Source: Candidatus Moranbacteria bacterium GW2011_GWA2_39_41 (lineage in GTDB: Bacteria; Patescibacteriota; Minisyncoccia; Moranbacterales; UBA2206). Taken from it: 64,000 bases of DNA. Shown in pieces: positions 1-9,342 of the stretch. Below the pieces are notes generated by a model. That model was not told where the DNA came from. It ran no database searches and saw nothing but the letters and a program-made list of their open reading frames with translations. The stretch covers positions 15,511-79,510 of the forward strand of contig LBXA01000001.1 in assembly GCA_000995125.1 (NCBI GenBank), read 5' to 3'. Every line of letters begins with the position of its first letter. Positions within the stretch are counted from its first letter, which is position 1. The position numbers and the translations under genes are program-made.

Positions 1-33
1 TTTTAAAAAAATAATAATTGAAAGTATAATTTT

Positions 34-1362
34 ATGAAAAAACTACAGAAACAGGATCCGAAAATTTATAATGCAATCAAAAATGAAATAAAAAGACAAG
101 AGGAAGGCTTAGAGCTTATTCCTTCAGAAATTGCTGCATCAATTCCAGTGATGGAAGCATTGGGATCTGTTTTGACTAATAAATATAGCGAGGGTTATCC
201 ATATAAAAGATATTATGGAGGACAAGAAAATACGGATATTGTGGAAAGTATTGCGATTGAAAGAGCAAGAAAATTATTTGGCGTTCCGCATGTCAATGTA
301 CAACCATATTCCGGAAGCCCAGCTAATTTGGCGGTCTATGTTGCTGTCTGTAAACCAGGGGATACTGTGATGGGATTGAATCTTTTGGATGGCGGTCATT
401 TAACTCATGGCTGGAAAGCCAGTGCAACTAGTATGTTTTATAATACAATCCCATATCATGTAAAACCCGATGGCTATCTTGATTTGGAAGAAATTGAAAG
501 ACTGGCTTTGAAACACAAGCCAAAATTGATTTGGGTTGGCGCCACAGCATATGCTAGGGAATTTCCTTTTGAAAAAATGGCTAAAATAGCTGACAAAGTT
601 GGTGCTTATCTGGCCGCAGACATTGCTCATGTCGCTGGATTAGTGATAGCCGGAGTACATAAGAGTCCTGCAAAATATGCGCATATTATTACAACAACGA
701 CTCACAAAACACTTCGCGGACCAAGAGGCGGAATGATAATGGTTACTGCTAAGGGATTGAAAAAAGATCCAGAATTGGCGCAAAAAATTGATCGTGCCAT
801 TTTTCCTAATCTTCAAGGCGGTCCGCATAATCACCAGACAGCCGCAATCGCAGTAGCCTTGGGTGAGGCGATGAAACCTTCGTTTAAAAAATATGGACAG
901 CAAGTTGTTAAAAATGCCAAAGCTTTAGCTACTGAGTTAATGAAATTGGGAATAAAATTAGTAAGTAATGGTACAGATAATCATTTAATGCTTATTGATT
1001 GTGGTAAGGGTAGGGGGGTGCTTTTGCAAGATGCAATGGGCATGGCAGGAATGACAGTTAATAAAAATACTATACCGTTAGACCCTTCGACTCCTTTTTA
1101 TCCAAGCGGAGTTAGACTGGGAACCCCATCGCTTACCGTGCGAGGTATAAAAGAGCGAGAGATGAAAAAAATAGCTGGATGGATTGCGGAAGTAATGGAA
1201 GAAATCAAAGCCTTTGAATTTCCAGAAAACAAAGAAGAAAGAATAGAAGCTTTGAAAAAATTTAAAGCATATATTGGAAAAAATAAAAAATTAAAAAGCA
1301 TAAAAAGTGAAATTAAAAATATGTGCAAAAAATTTCCATTGTATAAAGATTTAAATTGGTAA
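34..1362 (+). CDS. glyA: Serine hydroxymethyltransferase
   Basis: NKYSEGYP-RYYGG, NVQPYSGS, GGHLTHG, TTTHKTLRGPRGG (PLP lysine), QGGP, SGVRLGTP motifs. Confidence 0.98.
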   Translation: MKKLQKQDPKIYNAIKNEIKRQEEGLELIPSEIAASIPVMEALGSVLTNKYSEGYPYKRYYGGQENTDIVESIAIERARKLFGVPHVNVQPYSGSPANLAVYVAVCKPGDTVMGLNLLDGGHLTHGWKASATSMFYNTIPYHVKPDGYLDLEEIERLALKHKPKLIWVGATAYAREFPFEKMAKIADKVGAYLAADIAHVAGLVIAGVHKSPAKYAHIITTTTHKTLRGPRGGMIMVTAKGLKKDPELAQKIDRAIFPNLQGGPHNHQTAAIAVALGEAMKPSFKKYGQQVVKNAKALATELMKLGIKLVSNGTDNHLMLIDCGKGRGVLLQDAMGMAGMTVNKNTIPLDPSTPFYPSGVRLGTPSLTVRGIKEREMKKIAGWIAEVMEEIKAFEFPENKEERIEALKKFKAYIGKNKKLKSIKSEIKNMCKKFPLYKDLNW

Positions 1363-1439
1363 ATAAGGCACTGAAATAAATTCACAAAGAAGTAATTGTG
1401 TTGTGCAAAAAATTTCCGTTGTATAAAAATTTGAAATAA
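1362..1439 (+). pseudogene. Degenerate second copy of the glyA 3' end
   Basis: Translates NKALK*IHKEVIVLCKKFPLYKNLK*, aligning with the GlyA C-terminus NKKLKSIKSEIKNMCKKFPLYKDLNW. Confidence 0.8.
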
Positions 1440-1461
1440 TAATAAAATTCTTTTAAAAAAT

Positions 1462-2259
1462 ATGAAAGGAATCATATTGTCTGGTGGAACAGCTACTCGA
1501 CTTTTTCCATTAACCGCCACAACAAGCAAGCAACTTTTGCCGGTGTATAATCGACAGATGATTTTTTATCCCTTGAACACTTTGATCAAAGCGGGAATAA
1601 AAGATATTTTGATAATTGTGTCACCAGAGCACAGTGGGCAATATTTGAATCTTTTGGGATCAATATTCAAAAAATATGGTGTTAATTTATATTTCGAAGT
1701 GCAAAAACTCCCACGTGGATTGGCTGAAGCTTTCATTCTTGGAGAATCTTTTATTGACAAGGATGATGTGACGATGGTTCTGGGAGATAATATTTTTGAA
1801 GATGATTTTTCTCAGGAGATTAAAAACTTCAAATCAGGCGGACATGTTTTCGCCAAGAAAGTTTCTGATCCAGAAAGATTTGGTGTGGTGAAGTTTGATG
1901 AGAATAACAAAGCGATTGAAGTGGTGGAGAAGCCAGTTGACTGGCTTAGTGACTATGCAGTGACTGGACTATATATTTATGATAATCGTGTGGTGGAGGT
2001 GGCTAAAAATGCCGTGCCGTCAGAACGTGGAGAGATTGAAATAACCTCATTGCAGAATTTCTATCTGCAGAAAGGTGAATTGCAAGTTAGCATTGTTGAA
2101 GGTGAGTGGCTGGATGCGGGAACATTCGATTCATTGCTAGAAGCTGGTAATATTGTGAAGAATAAAAAGATATACAAAAAATTTGATCCAATCATTGATC
2201 GGGCTATTGAAGAATTCAATGCAGAACTGAAAGCTTTGGCCAAGAAAAGATTAGGCTAA
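1462..2259 (+). CDS. rmlA: Glucose-1-phosphate thymidylyltransferase (RmlA/RfbA family)
   Basis: KGIILSGGTATRLFPLT-SKQLLPVY, LGDNIF, SERGEIEIT, WLDAGT. Confidence 0.9.
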   Translation: MKGIILSGGTATRLFPLTATTSKQLLPVYNRQMIFYPLNTLIKAGIKDILIIVSPEHSGQYLNLLGSIFKKYGVNLYFEVQKLPRGLAEAFILGESFIDKDDVTMVLGDNIFEDDFSQEIKNFKSGGHVFAKKVSDPERFGVVKFDENNKAIEVVEKPVDWLSDYAVTGLYIYDNRVVEVAKNAVPSERGEIEITSLQNFYLQKGELQVSIVEGEWLDAGTFDSLLEAGNIVKNKKIYKKFDPIIDRAIEEFNAELKALAKKRLG

Positions 2260-2298
2260 AAAATAAAAAGAAAATTTTATTTTTAAATTTATCAAAAT

Positions 2299-3156
2299 AT
2301 GAAAATCAAAAAAGCGGTTATTGCAGTTGCGGGATCTGGCACCAGACTTTTGCCAGCAACAAAGGCTATGCCTAAAGAAATGTTGCCAATTGTCGACAAG
2401 CCAATTATTCAGTTGGTGGTGGAAGAGCTGGTTGAGGCTGGAATTGAGGACATTATCTTTGTGACTCGTTGGGACAAAAAGCCATTGGAGGATCATTTTG
2501 ATCACAGCGTGGCTTTGGAAGACGATTTAATAAAAAATGGCAAAACTGCAGCGGCTGAAAAGATTTCCAAAATTGCCGAAATGGCCAACTTTGTGCATGT
2601 ACGACAAAAAGGACCGTACGGCAATGGAACTCCAATTTTGTCAGCGGCGAGTCTTGTTGATGACGAACCTTTTATTTTTTGTTTTGGAGATGACCTTGTG
2701 AAATCAGAAGTTTCTTTTACCAAGCAAATGGTGGATGATTATGAAAAGAATGGCAATTTGATTTTGGGCGTACAGGAGGTGAAACAAGAAGATGTTGTTA
2801 GATACGGAATAGTTAAATTGAAAGAAGGCACCAATCAGATGGAAGATATCATTGAAAAGCCTTTGATTGAAGATGCTCCTTCTCGCTTGGCTGGCTTTGG
2901 AAGATATATTTTGAATCAAGAAATAATTGATATTTTGCGAACCACTAGTTTGGGCAAAGGCAATGAACTTTGGATTACGGATGCGATCAAGGAATATATT
3001 AAGAGGGGTGGCGTAATGGTGGCCAAGGAAATTAAGGATGGACAATGGTTGACCACTGGTGACCCTGCCAATTATTTGAAAACTATCTTGGCCTATGCTT
3101 CGGATAGAGATGATTTGAAGGATACTCTGGCTGAATTTATTCAATCTCAAAAGTAG
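2299..3156 (+). CDS. galU: UTP--glucose-1-phosphate uridylyltransferase
   Basis: KAVIAVAGSGTRLLPATKAMPKEMLPIVDKP, EDHFD, IIEKP, GRYIL. Confidence 0.92.
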   Translation: MKIKKAVIAVAGSGTRLLPATKAMPKEMLPIVDKPIIQLVVEELVEAGIEDIIFVTRWDKKPLEDHFDHSVALEDDLIKNGKTAAAEKISKIAEMANFVHVRQKGPYGNGTPILSAASLVDDEPFIFCFGDDLVKSEVSFTKQMVDDYEKNGNLILGVQEVKQEDVVRYGIVKLKEGTNQMEDIIEKPLIEDAPSRLAGFGRYILNQEIIDILRTTSLGKGNELWITDAIKEYIKRGGVMVAKEIKDGQWLTTGDPANYLKTILAYASDRDDLKDTLAEFIQSQK

Positions 3157-3157
3157 A

Positions 3158-4276
3158 ATGAAAATTGCAATTTCTGTTGCTGATCTTGATCAATCGCGCG
3201 TTGACGGAACTCGCGTCTATATTCTCAATTTGCTGAAACATTTCGGCCAATTAGATTTTGACAGCGAGTTTTTGTTATATCATAAAAATGATTTCAACCC
3301 AGAGTTGACTCCGCCAAATTTTCTCAATTACAAAATCATTCAAAAATCTTTTCCATTTTTGTGGACACAGATTCGCTTGGCAATGGAGTTGTGGAAAGAC
3401 GTGCCAGATGTTTTGTGGATGCCGATGGCAGCCTTGCCGTTGGTGCGTCGCAAGAACTTGAAAACGGTTATCACGATTCATGATTTGGCTTTCAAACATT
3501 TTCCGCAATATTTCACCAAGAAAGATTTGCGCAAGCTGAATTTTTTTGCCGACTATTCCGTTAGAAATGCCAGCAAGATTATTGCGGTTTCACAATCAAC
3601 CAAGCAAGACATTTTGAAATTTTATCCAGAAGTTAAAGAGGACAAAATTAAAGTCATTTATCATGGCTTCACTGATGGAGTTTTTTCGCAGGCGCGTGAT
3701 TTGACGCAAGAAGAAAAGGTGAAAAATGAGCTGGGAATTGTAGGGGATTATATCTTGTATTCCGGTGCTCTGCAGCCAAGAAAAAACATTGAAAGACTAA
3801 TTGAAGCCTTTGATGCCTACAAGACTCGCTCAAAATCGGCCGTCAAGCTGGTTTTGGCAGGAGAAAAGGCTTGGTTGTGCGAAAATATTGAGAAAAAGGC
3901 CAAACGAAGCCTATATAGTGCAGACATTGTGATGCCCGGTAGGCTCAGATTCTGCGATATAGGACACTTGTTCCGTGGGGCAGCTCTCTTTGCCCATCCT
4001 TCATTGTATGAAGGTTTTGGCATCACAGTTTTGGAAGCATATGCTGCGGGTGTGCCACTTTTGACGGCGGACAATTCCTCTTTGCGAGAGGCGGGTGGTG
4101 AGGCGGCATTGTATTTTGATGCTTATGATGTTTGCGAGATGAGCGCGCAAATGGAGCGACTTTTGACGGATGAAAAATTGCGCACTGAATTGATTGCCAA
4201 AGGAAAAGAGCAATTGCAAAAATTCTCGTGGGAAAAATGCGCCAAGGAGACGTTGGGATATATTAAGACCTCGTAG
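3158..4276 (+). CDS. Glycosyltransferase family 4 (GT-B)
   Basis: TIHDLAF, QPRKN, PSLYEGFGITVLEA. Confidence 0.93.
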   Translation: MKIAISVADLDQSRVDGTRVYILNLLKHFGQLDFDSEFLLYHKNDFNPELTPPNFLNYKIIQKSFPFLWTQIRLAMELWKDVPDVLWMPMAALPLVRRKNLKTVITIHDLAFKHFPQYFTKKDLRKLNFFADYSVRNASKIIAVSQSTKQDILKFYPEVKEDKIKVIYHGFTDGVFSQARDLTQEEKVKNELGIVGDYILYSGALQPRKNIERLIEAFDAYKTRSKSAVKLVLAGEKAWLCENIEKKAKRSLYSADIVMPGRLRFCDIGHLFRGAALFAHPSLYEGFGITVLEAYAAGVPLLTADNSSLREAGGEAALYFDAYDVCEMSAQMERLLTDEKLRTELIAKGKEQLQKFSWEKCAKETLGYIKTS

Positions 4277-4301
4277 AAACGAGGCACTGCCTCGTTTCTA
4301 C
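4273..4301. repeat. GTAG-type REP-like palindrome; supplies the TAG stop of the upstream GT4
   Basis: GTAGAAACGAGGCA-C-TGCCTCGTTTCTAC, perfect 14-bp arms. Confidence 0.85.
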
Positions 4302-4314
4302 ATGACTGGCTAGA

Positions 4315-4716
4315 TTAGTCTTCCTGAAAAACCCTAATCAAAAAATAACTGGTCACAAAGAGTGTGATTAGAATAAAAATATTCAAAAAAATATTGAGCT
4401 TGAGCAGACTATTGAAAAGTAAGAGTGCACAGATGATAAGTAGGGACGCGATTAATCGCGTCTCTACTATTTTTTTGTTGCTGGCTTTTTCTGGTACTTT
4501 GATGACTTTACCAATGCCGGTGATGGCTAGAACATTCAAAAGAATCATGATGACAATTTTGTAGAGTCCGATGTGCGTGGAAACAACTCCAGGCAAAGCA
4601 CCTTCGGCTAAAAGTGTGAGCATGAAAAATGTCAGCAAAACCAAGAGGCTGTCGTTGAGTAATTTATACAGAATAATTGTTTTAGGTCCGGCACTGAATT
4701 TAATTTGTGGGAACAT
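4315..4716 (-). CDS. Hypothetical 4-TM membrane protein with an in-frame REP palindrome
   Basis: Hydrophobic 133-aa ORF overlapping the end of the upstream gene; VETRLIASL is encoded by the palindrome at 4440-4467. Confidence 0.75.
   Translation of the reverse strand: MFPQIKFSAGPKTIILYKLLNDSLLVLLTFFMLTLLAEGALPGVVSTHIGLYKIVIMILLNVLAITGIGKVIKVPEKASNKKIVETRLIASLLIICALLLFNSLLKLNIFLNIFILITLFVTSYFLIRVFQED
4440..4467. repeat. GTAG-type REP-like palindrome inside a CDS
   Basis: GTAGGGACGCGATTAATCGCGTCTCTAC. Confidence 0.85.
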
Positions 4717-6034
4717 AATTGTTTTTTACCCGATTAGACATTCTACTTAGAGTTAAGAATAAATTATCTTGATTGACGTCTTTTTTGAACTCAATGTTGA
4801 TGGTGTCGACCTGAATGGCAGAACTTGATTTGGCATAAAATTCATAATCACTGCCGAGCAAATTTTGCATGTTGGCGATTGGAATTTCACATGAATATGA
4901 ATTGTCACTAAGCGCATCTTTTTTGAATGAGCATGAATTTGTTAGACTGAGACTATCTCGTGAAACCAGAATCGGATTTTTTTTGAGCCAGGAAGCCACA
5001 ACATTGGCTGAAGGCAATAGTCTTTTTTTGCCATCTTGAATCAAATAATGATTGCCACTTTCACTGGTTTTGAAAATCGTACCATTGGAATGTATGCTGG
5101 CTATGGTGAAATTTTTCTCTTTTGTATAAAGCGCTATTTCTTCCGGAGTGACCGGGATAACATCTTTCCAAACATAGCCTTTGCTAAGAAAGGTTTCTGG
5201 ACTATCGACAGGCAGGATATTTTGACCACTGGTGATATAAATTGTGTCACCATAAGACAGAATTGAGCCATCAGCGAAACCAATTAGATTATTAGAAGGT
5301 TTGAAGGTTGATAGAAAGCTGATATCTTTTATGATGGCTTGATTTGAGTCATATTGACTGAGGAAGGCGTTGGCGCTGATAAATTTTTGCAAGTGCTCGC
5401 TTTGCAATAAATAGTATTCATCGTTAACTCTAAAAAAAGTTTTATTGGGATATTGCGCTTTGGTTATGGAATCACCTTTTTTATTATAATTGATTTCAAT
5501 TGGTGCGACCTCTCGAAAAGCTTCCGGCGCATAACCCAGTTCGGTCACTAAATTCGGCTTAGCGAATTTATGCATTTTTCCATTAAAAACTATATAATAG
5601 CTTCCTTCACTTTTGAGAAGCGAGCCATCCTTGAAGCCCATAATCGGACCATCCAGATAGAGGAAAGCTTGATATGATTTTCTAACAATGATTGATCCGG
5701 ATTGAAGTGGGGCAGATTTTTTGTCTAACGAAAAAGTCACAACTGCCTTGGAAAAAAAATCAAACACGGAAGCATTGAAATTCAAGGTTGCGTTGGCGGC
5801 CAATAGACCTTTTTCTGGTAAAAGCTTGGTATAGTCGCGCACATCATAGATGTTGTTACTCTTAGCTAAAGGCTTGTTGAAATCAAAACCGAAATAGGAA
5901 GTGGGGAAGAGGATGCGGATGGCAAAAAAGACCGCCAAAGAAATAGTGGATAAATAAAAAATAACCTGCAAAATGCGGTAGATGATTGAATTTTTTTTAT
6001 CGAGTTTAATGTGAGCGGTTAGGTCTAGAGTCAT
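4700..6034 (-). CDS. Membrane-anchored extracellular protein with repeated beta-rich modules
   Basis: N-terminal TM helix; repeated GF(K/A)DGS(L/I)L and NGTIFK-type modules each followed by YYI/YLI. Confidence 0.75.
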   Translation of the reverse strand: MTLDLTAHIKLDKKNSIIYRILQVIFYLSTISLAVFFAIRILFPTSYFGFDFNKPLAKSNNIYDVRDYTKLLPEKGLLAANATLNFNASVFDFFSKAVVTFSLDKKSAPLQSGSIIVRKSYQAFLYLDGPIMGFKDGSLLKSEGSYYIVFNGKMHKFAKPNLVTELGYAPEAFREVAPIEINYNKKGDSITKAQYPNKTFFRVNDEYYLLQSEHLQKFISANAFLSQYDSNQAIIKDISFLSTFKPSNNLIGFADGSILSYGDTIYITSGQNILPVDSPETFLSKGYVWKDVIPVTPEEIALYTKEKNFTIASIHSNGTIFKTSESGNHYLIQDGKKRLLPSANVVASWLKKNPILVSRDSLSLTNSCSFKKDALSDNSYSCEIPIANMQNLLGSDYEFYAKSSSAIQVDTINIEFKKDVNQDNLFLTLSRMSNRVKNNYVPTN

Positions 6035-6120
6035 ATTATTAGTTTGTAAAGTTCTTAAAGTTAAAAGTTCGTAAAGTGTTGATTTTAAAAACCTTATAAA
6101 CTTGATGAACTTTTTAACTT
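6032..6120 (-). repeat. ~88-bp AAAGTT/AACTTT intergenic element, copy 1 (ends on ATG of 4700-6034)
   Basis: Reverse complement aligns with 9255-9342 at roughly 85% identity (manual alignment). Confidence 0.85.
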
Positions 6121-7926
6121 CTAGTTTTTTAATAGATAAATTTTACCATAAATTGTAATATCTTGCATGGTTGGCAATTCAATTGGTGCGTCAAACATTT
6201 CTTGTTTTTCACCAGTTTTGATAGCGAGAACAGAATTGTTGATTGTATAGTCTTGCACAGGCATCAATTTCGGAAAGATATTGCTCTGGCGGTAGAAATC
6301 CAGTTTGTTATCAGGAATGATGAAATAGATGTTGCTAAATTTGCTATGATCAATTTTTTCTAAATCAGTCGGATTGAAAAAATAAACAGCTTGTTTGTTG
6401 AATAGAAAATTAAGCGGTCCAGTCATCATAGACCAGCCATCGCCAGTAGCATCGCGATCAACCAAAATCAAATCAGAATCGATGAAGTTGGCAGAGATTT
6501 TTTCAATTTGAGGCAAGAGGTTTTTGTCAGGTGAGATTGTCAGAAAGGGCACGAAAACCATGAGGCTGGTGGCAATGAGCAAGGCTATGACAAAATAGAA
6601 ATAAGCTCTTTTTTTGAAAAAGTAATCGAAAAACCAAACGGCATAGAGAATACTGACGGGAATGATGGAGAAAACGAAGCGACGCAACATCCAGGGATGA
6701 TCAGCTGAAATGCTGGGATGGATAATGTAGACAAATGTCGGCAGAATGATGAGAAATGGCACCAAAATTTCAAATTTTTTGCAGCGCCACAAATAAACAA
6801 AGCCAGTTAGCCCAAACAAAATAAAATTGAAAAGCGCATAGGCCGAGAAAACTTTGAGTACATAAAATGTAGTGGCAAAAAATGGCACAGATTCTGCTGA
6901 CGAATAATCCTTAAGTCCAGAGCCAAGAGAAATGAAAGGACTCAAAATGCCCTTCAGCATGGAATAATAGGATGGACTGTCAATAGTTAAATTGAAAAAA
7001 TATAAAACTAAAAAACCGCCAACAATTAGGATAATTTTTTTGCCAATTACAGTAAACAATAGGTATTTCCAATCTTTATATTTAATAAGCAAAATAGCAG
7101 TGATGACGGCCAAAAATCCAAGCGCTTCCACGCGAATGAAAACCAATAGGGCAAAAGTGGTGAGAGATGACAAAAGATAGAAACGTGATTTGTTTTTGGT
7201 AAATAGCACAAATTCATAAATCCCAAACCAAGTCAGCATCATGGCTAGGTTTTCACTCAGAGTGAATTTGAAAAACCAAGCGAAAACGAAAGAGGTCAGA
7301 ATTAGCAAGGTGGCCATTATGGCAGATGACGCGCGCAGATAATAACGAGCGACTAAATAGAAAGAAAAAATGAAGATGGCAAAGGTGATACTATTGGCTA
7401 CAGCAAAACCATTAAGACCAATCAAGGAATAGAAAATTGCCAACCATGAGATGTAGCCCAATGGGAATTGAGTAGCAAGATTGCCTTGAGCAGTGTATTG
7501 AAAGCCTGGGAAATTCAAGGCAGGTCCAGCGTCATAGATTTTGAAAAATTCTTGTGAAGCAGTTGAGGCAAAAGACAAATGATGATTTTGGGCTAGGCGG
7601 ATGGCGGCTTCACTGAGGGAGCCTTGATCGCGTCCGGAAAAGATAGTTGGAGTGGCATAGAAAGAAAAAATAAAAACTGAAATTAAAGTCAAAATGAAAA
7701 TCAGAAAGAAACGGAAATTGATCTCAATTTTGGTTTTGTTGAAGTTGATTAGATATATTAGAAAGATTGAACCCAAAAGAATGTAGCTAACTAGGATAGC
7801 ATTATAAAAAATACCCAACAGTGATAGGGCTAAACCAAGCCATCCCATCCCAATCCAAAAAAGGACAAAAGCCGTGAATAGCTGAAATTTATCTAAATTT
7901 ACCTCAGGTATTTTGAATTTGATCAT
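6121..7926 (-). CDS. Polytopic membrane protein, probable GT-C fold glycosyltransferase
   Basis: More than 12 hydrophobic segments; GRDQG acidic motif in an early loop; start moved to ATG 7926, 7 nt after TATAAT. Confidence 0.7.
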   Translation of the reverse strand: MIKFKIPEVNLDKFQLFTAFVLFWIGMGWLGLALSLLGIFYNAILVSYILLGSIFLIYLINFNKTKIEINFRFFLIFILTLISVFIFSFYATPTIFSGRDQGSLSEAAIRLAQNHHLSFASTASQEFFKIYDAGPALNFPGFQYTAQGNLATQFPLGYISWLAIFYSLIGLNGFAVANSITFAIFIFSFYLVARYYLRASSAIMATLLILTSFVFAWFFKFTLSENLAMMLTWFGIYEFVLFTKNKSRFYLLSSLTTFALLVFIRVEALGFLAVITAILLIKYKDWKYLLFTVIGKKIILIVGGFLVLYFFNLTIDSPSYYSMLKGILSPFISLGSGLKDYSSAESVPFFATTFYVLKVFSAYALFNFILFGLTGFVYLWRCKKFEILVPFLIILPTFVYIIHPSISADHPWMLRRFVFSIIPVSILYAVWFFDYFFKKRAYFYFVIALLIATSLMVFVPFLTISPDKNLLPQIEKISANFIDSDLILVDRDATGDGWSMMTGPLNFLFNKQAVYFFNPTDLEKIDHSKFSNIYFIIPDNKLDFYRQSNIFPKLMPVQDYTINNSVLAIKTGEKQEMFDAPIELPTMQDITIYGKIYLLKN

Positions 7927-8085
7927 TAGTGTAATTATATAGCCAAAATACTCTTTTGCCAAACGATTATTTATGGGGTAAGATAGGCATAAGACATGTT
8001 AACATTTTAGCACGTTAGCAATTTTTGAATTGCCCAAATGCTAGTTTGTTAATATGTTAAAATGTTAATATGCTAACGTGCTGAC

Positions 8086-9261
8086 ATGAAAATACTAGTT
8101 ATTGCCCCAACCCCATTTTTTGCTGACCGCGGAACCCACATTCGTATTCTGGAAGAGGCGCTGGCATTGGAAAGGTTGGGCAATCAGATTACAATTGCAA
8201 CCTATCATATTGGCCGGGACATTCCAGCTGAGATTGATACCAAGATTGATGTACGACGGATCCGTCGTTTGCTTTTTTGGTACAAAAAATTGGAAGCGGG
8301 ACCAGACTGGCAGAAAATCATTTTGGACTTGATGCTCATCAAAAAAGTTTTGTTTTTGGCGCGGACACAAAAGCCAGACGTGATTCATGGTCATTTGCAC
8401 GAAGGAGTTTTGATTGGCTGGATTGTGCAAAAATTGCTTTTTTGGCGCAACATCAAATTGGTGGCTGATTTTCATGGCAGTCTGACGGGCGAGATGGTTT
8501 CGCACGGTTATTTAAAAAAAGGTTTGAAATGGTTTTTTAGAAGCATTGAAAGATTTATTAATGGTTTGGGTGATTGGGCAATTGTCAGTTCTTGGGAGGG
8601 TTTGGAGCCAATTAAGTTGGCCAGAGGTGGGGAGGGTGCGGAAGTGATGTTAGATGGAACAAGTTTGGCCAGTTTCAATTTGAAACAAAGCAAAAGTGAA
8701 TTGCGCCGAGAAATGGAAATTTCTGAAGACAAATTTGTAGTCATCTATTCGGGCGGTTTGGTGCCTAACAAGGGCGTGGCGCATCTTTTTGCGTCTATCC
8801 AGCCAACGTTGGCGCAAAATCCCAATGTCTTTTTTATGATCGGTGGTTTTCCTGCTGATTATGCGAGTGATTTTGTGAAGAAAAATAATTTAGAAAAATT
8901 TGTCCGCGTGGTGAGTCCGTTGAGCTATTTTGATATGCCAAAATTCAATTGTGTGGGAGATGTGGCAATTGATCCCAAAGAAATTGAGACCAATCAAGCC
9001 AGTGGCAAGATGCTCAACTATATGTCCGCCGGTTTGCCAGTGGTGTGTTTTGATAAAGATAACAATCGTAAATATTTGGATGACGGTGGCTATTTTTGTG
9101 AATCTTCCGCTTCCGGCATTGTGAAAGGTATTTTGCATTTTGCGAGCCATCCTCAAGAAGCACGTGAGAAAGGCGAGAACAACAAAAAACGCGCGGTGGA
9201 TTTCAGTTGGGAGGCTTCAGCGGAAAAGATAAATGAGATTTATAAAAAGATAACAAGTTAA
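8086..9261 (+). CDS. Glycosyltransferase family 4
   Basis: MKILVIAP, DVIHGH, KMLNYMSAGLPVV, FSWE. Confidence 0.9.
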   Translation: MKILVIAPTPFFADRGTHIRILEEALALERLGNQITIATYHIGRDIPAEIDTKIDVRRIRRLLFWYKKLEAGPDWQKIILDLMLIKKVLFLARTQKPDVIHGHLHEGVLIGWIVQKLLFWRNIKLVADFHGSLTGEMVSHGYLKKGLKWFFRSIERFINGLGDWAIVSSWEGLEPIKLARGGEGAEVMLDGTSLASFNLKQSKSELRREMEISEDKFVVIYSGGLVPNKGVAHLFASIQPTLAQNPNVFFMIGGFPADYASDFVKKNNLEKFVRVVSPLSYFDMPKFNCVGDVAIDPKEIETNQASGKMLNYMSAGLPVVCFDKDNNRKYLDDGGYFCESSASGIVKGILHFASHPQEAREKGENNKKRAVDFSWEASAEKINEIYKKITS

Positions 9262-9342
9262 AGGTTCATCAAGTTTTTAAAGTTTTTAAAGTCGACACTT
9301 TACAAACTTTTAACTTTACGAACCTTAAGAACTAATACCATG
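9255..9342 (+). repeat. ~88-bp AAAGTT/AACTTT intergenic element, copy 2 (ends on ATG of 9340 gene)
   Basis: Inverted copy of 6032-6120. Confidence 0.85.
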
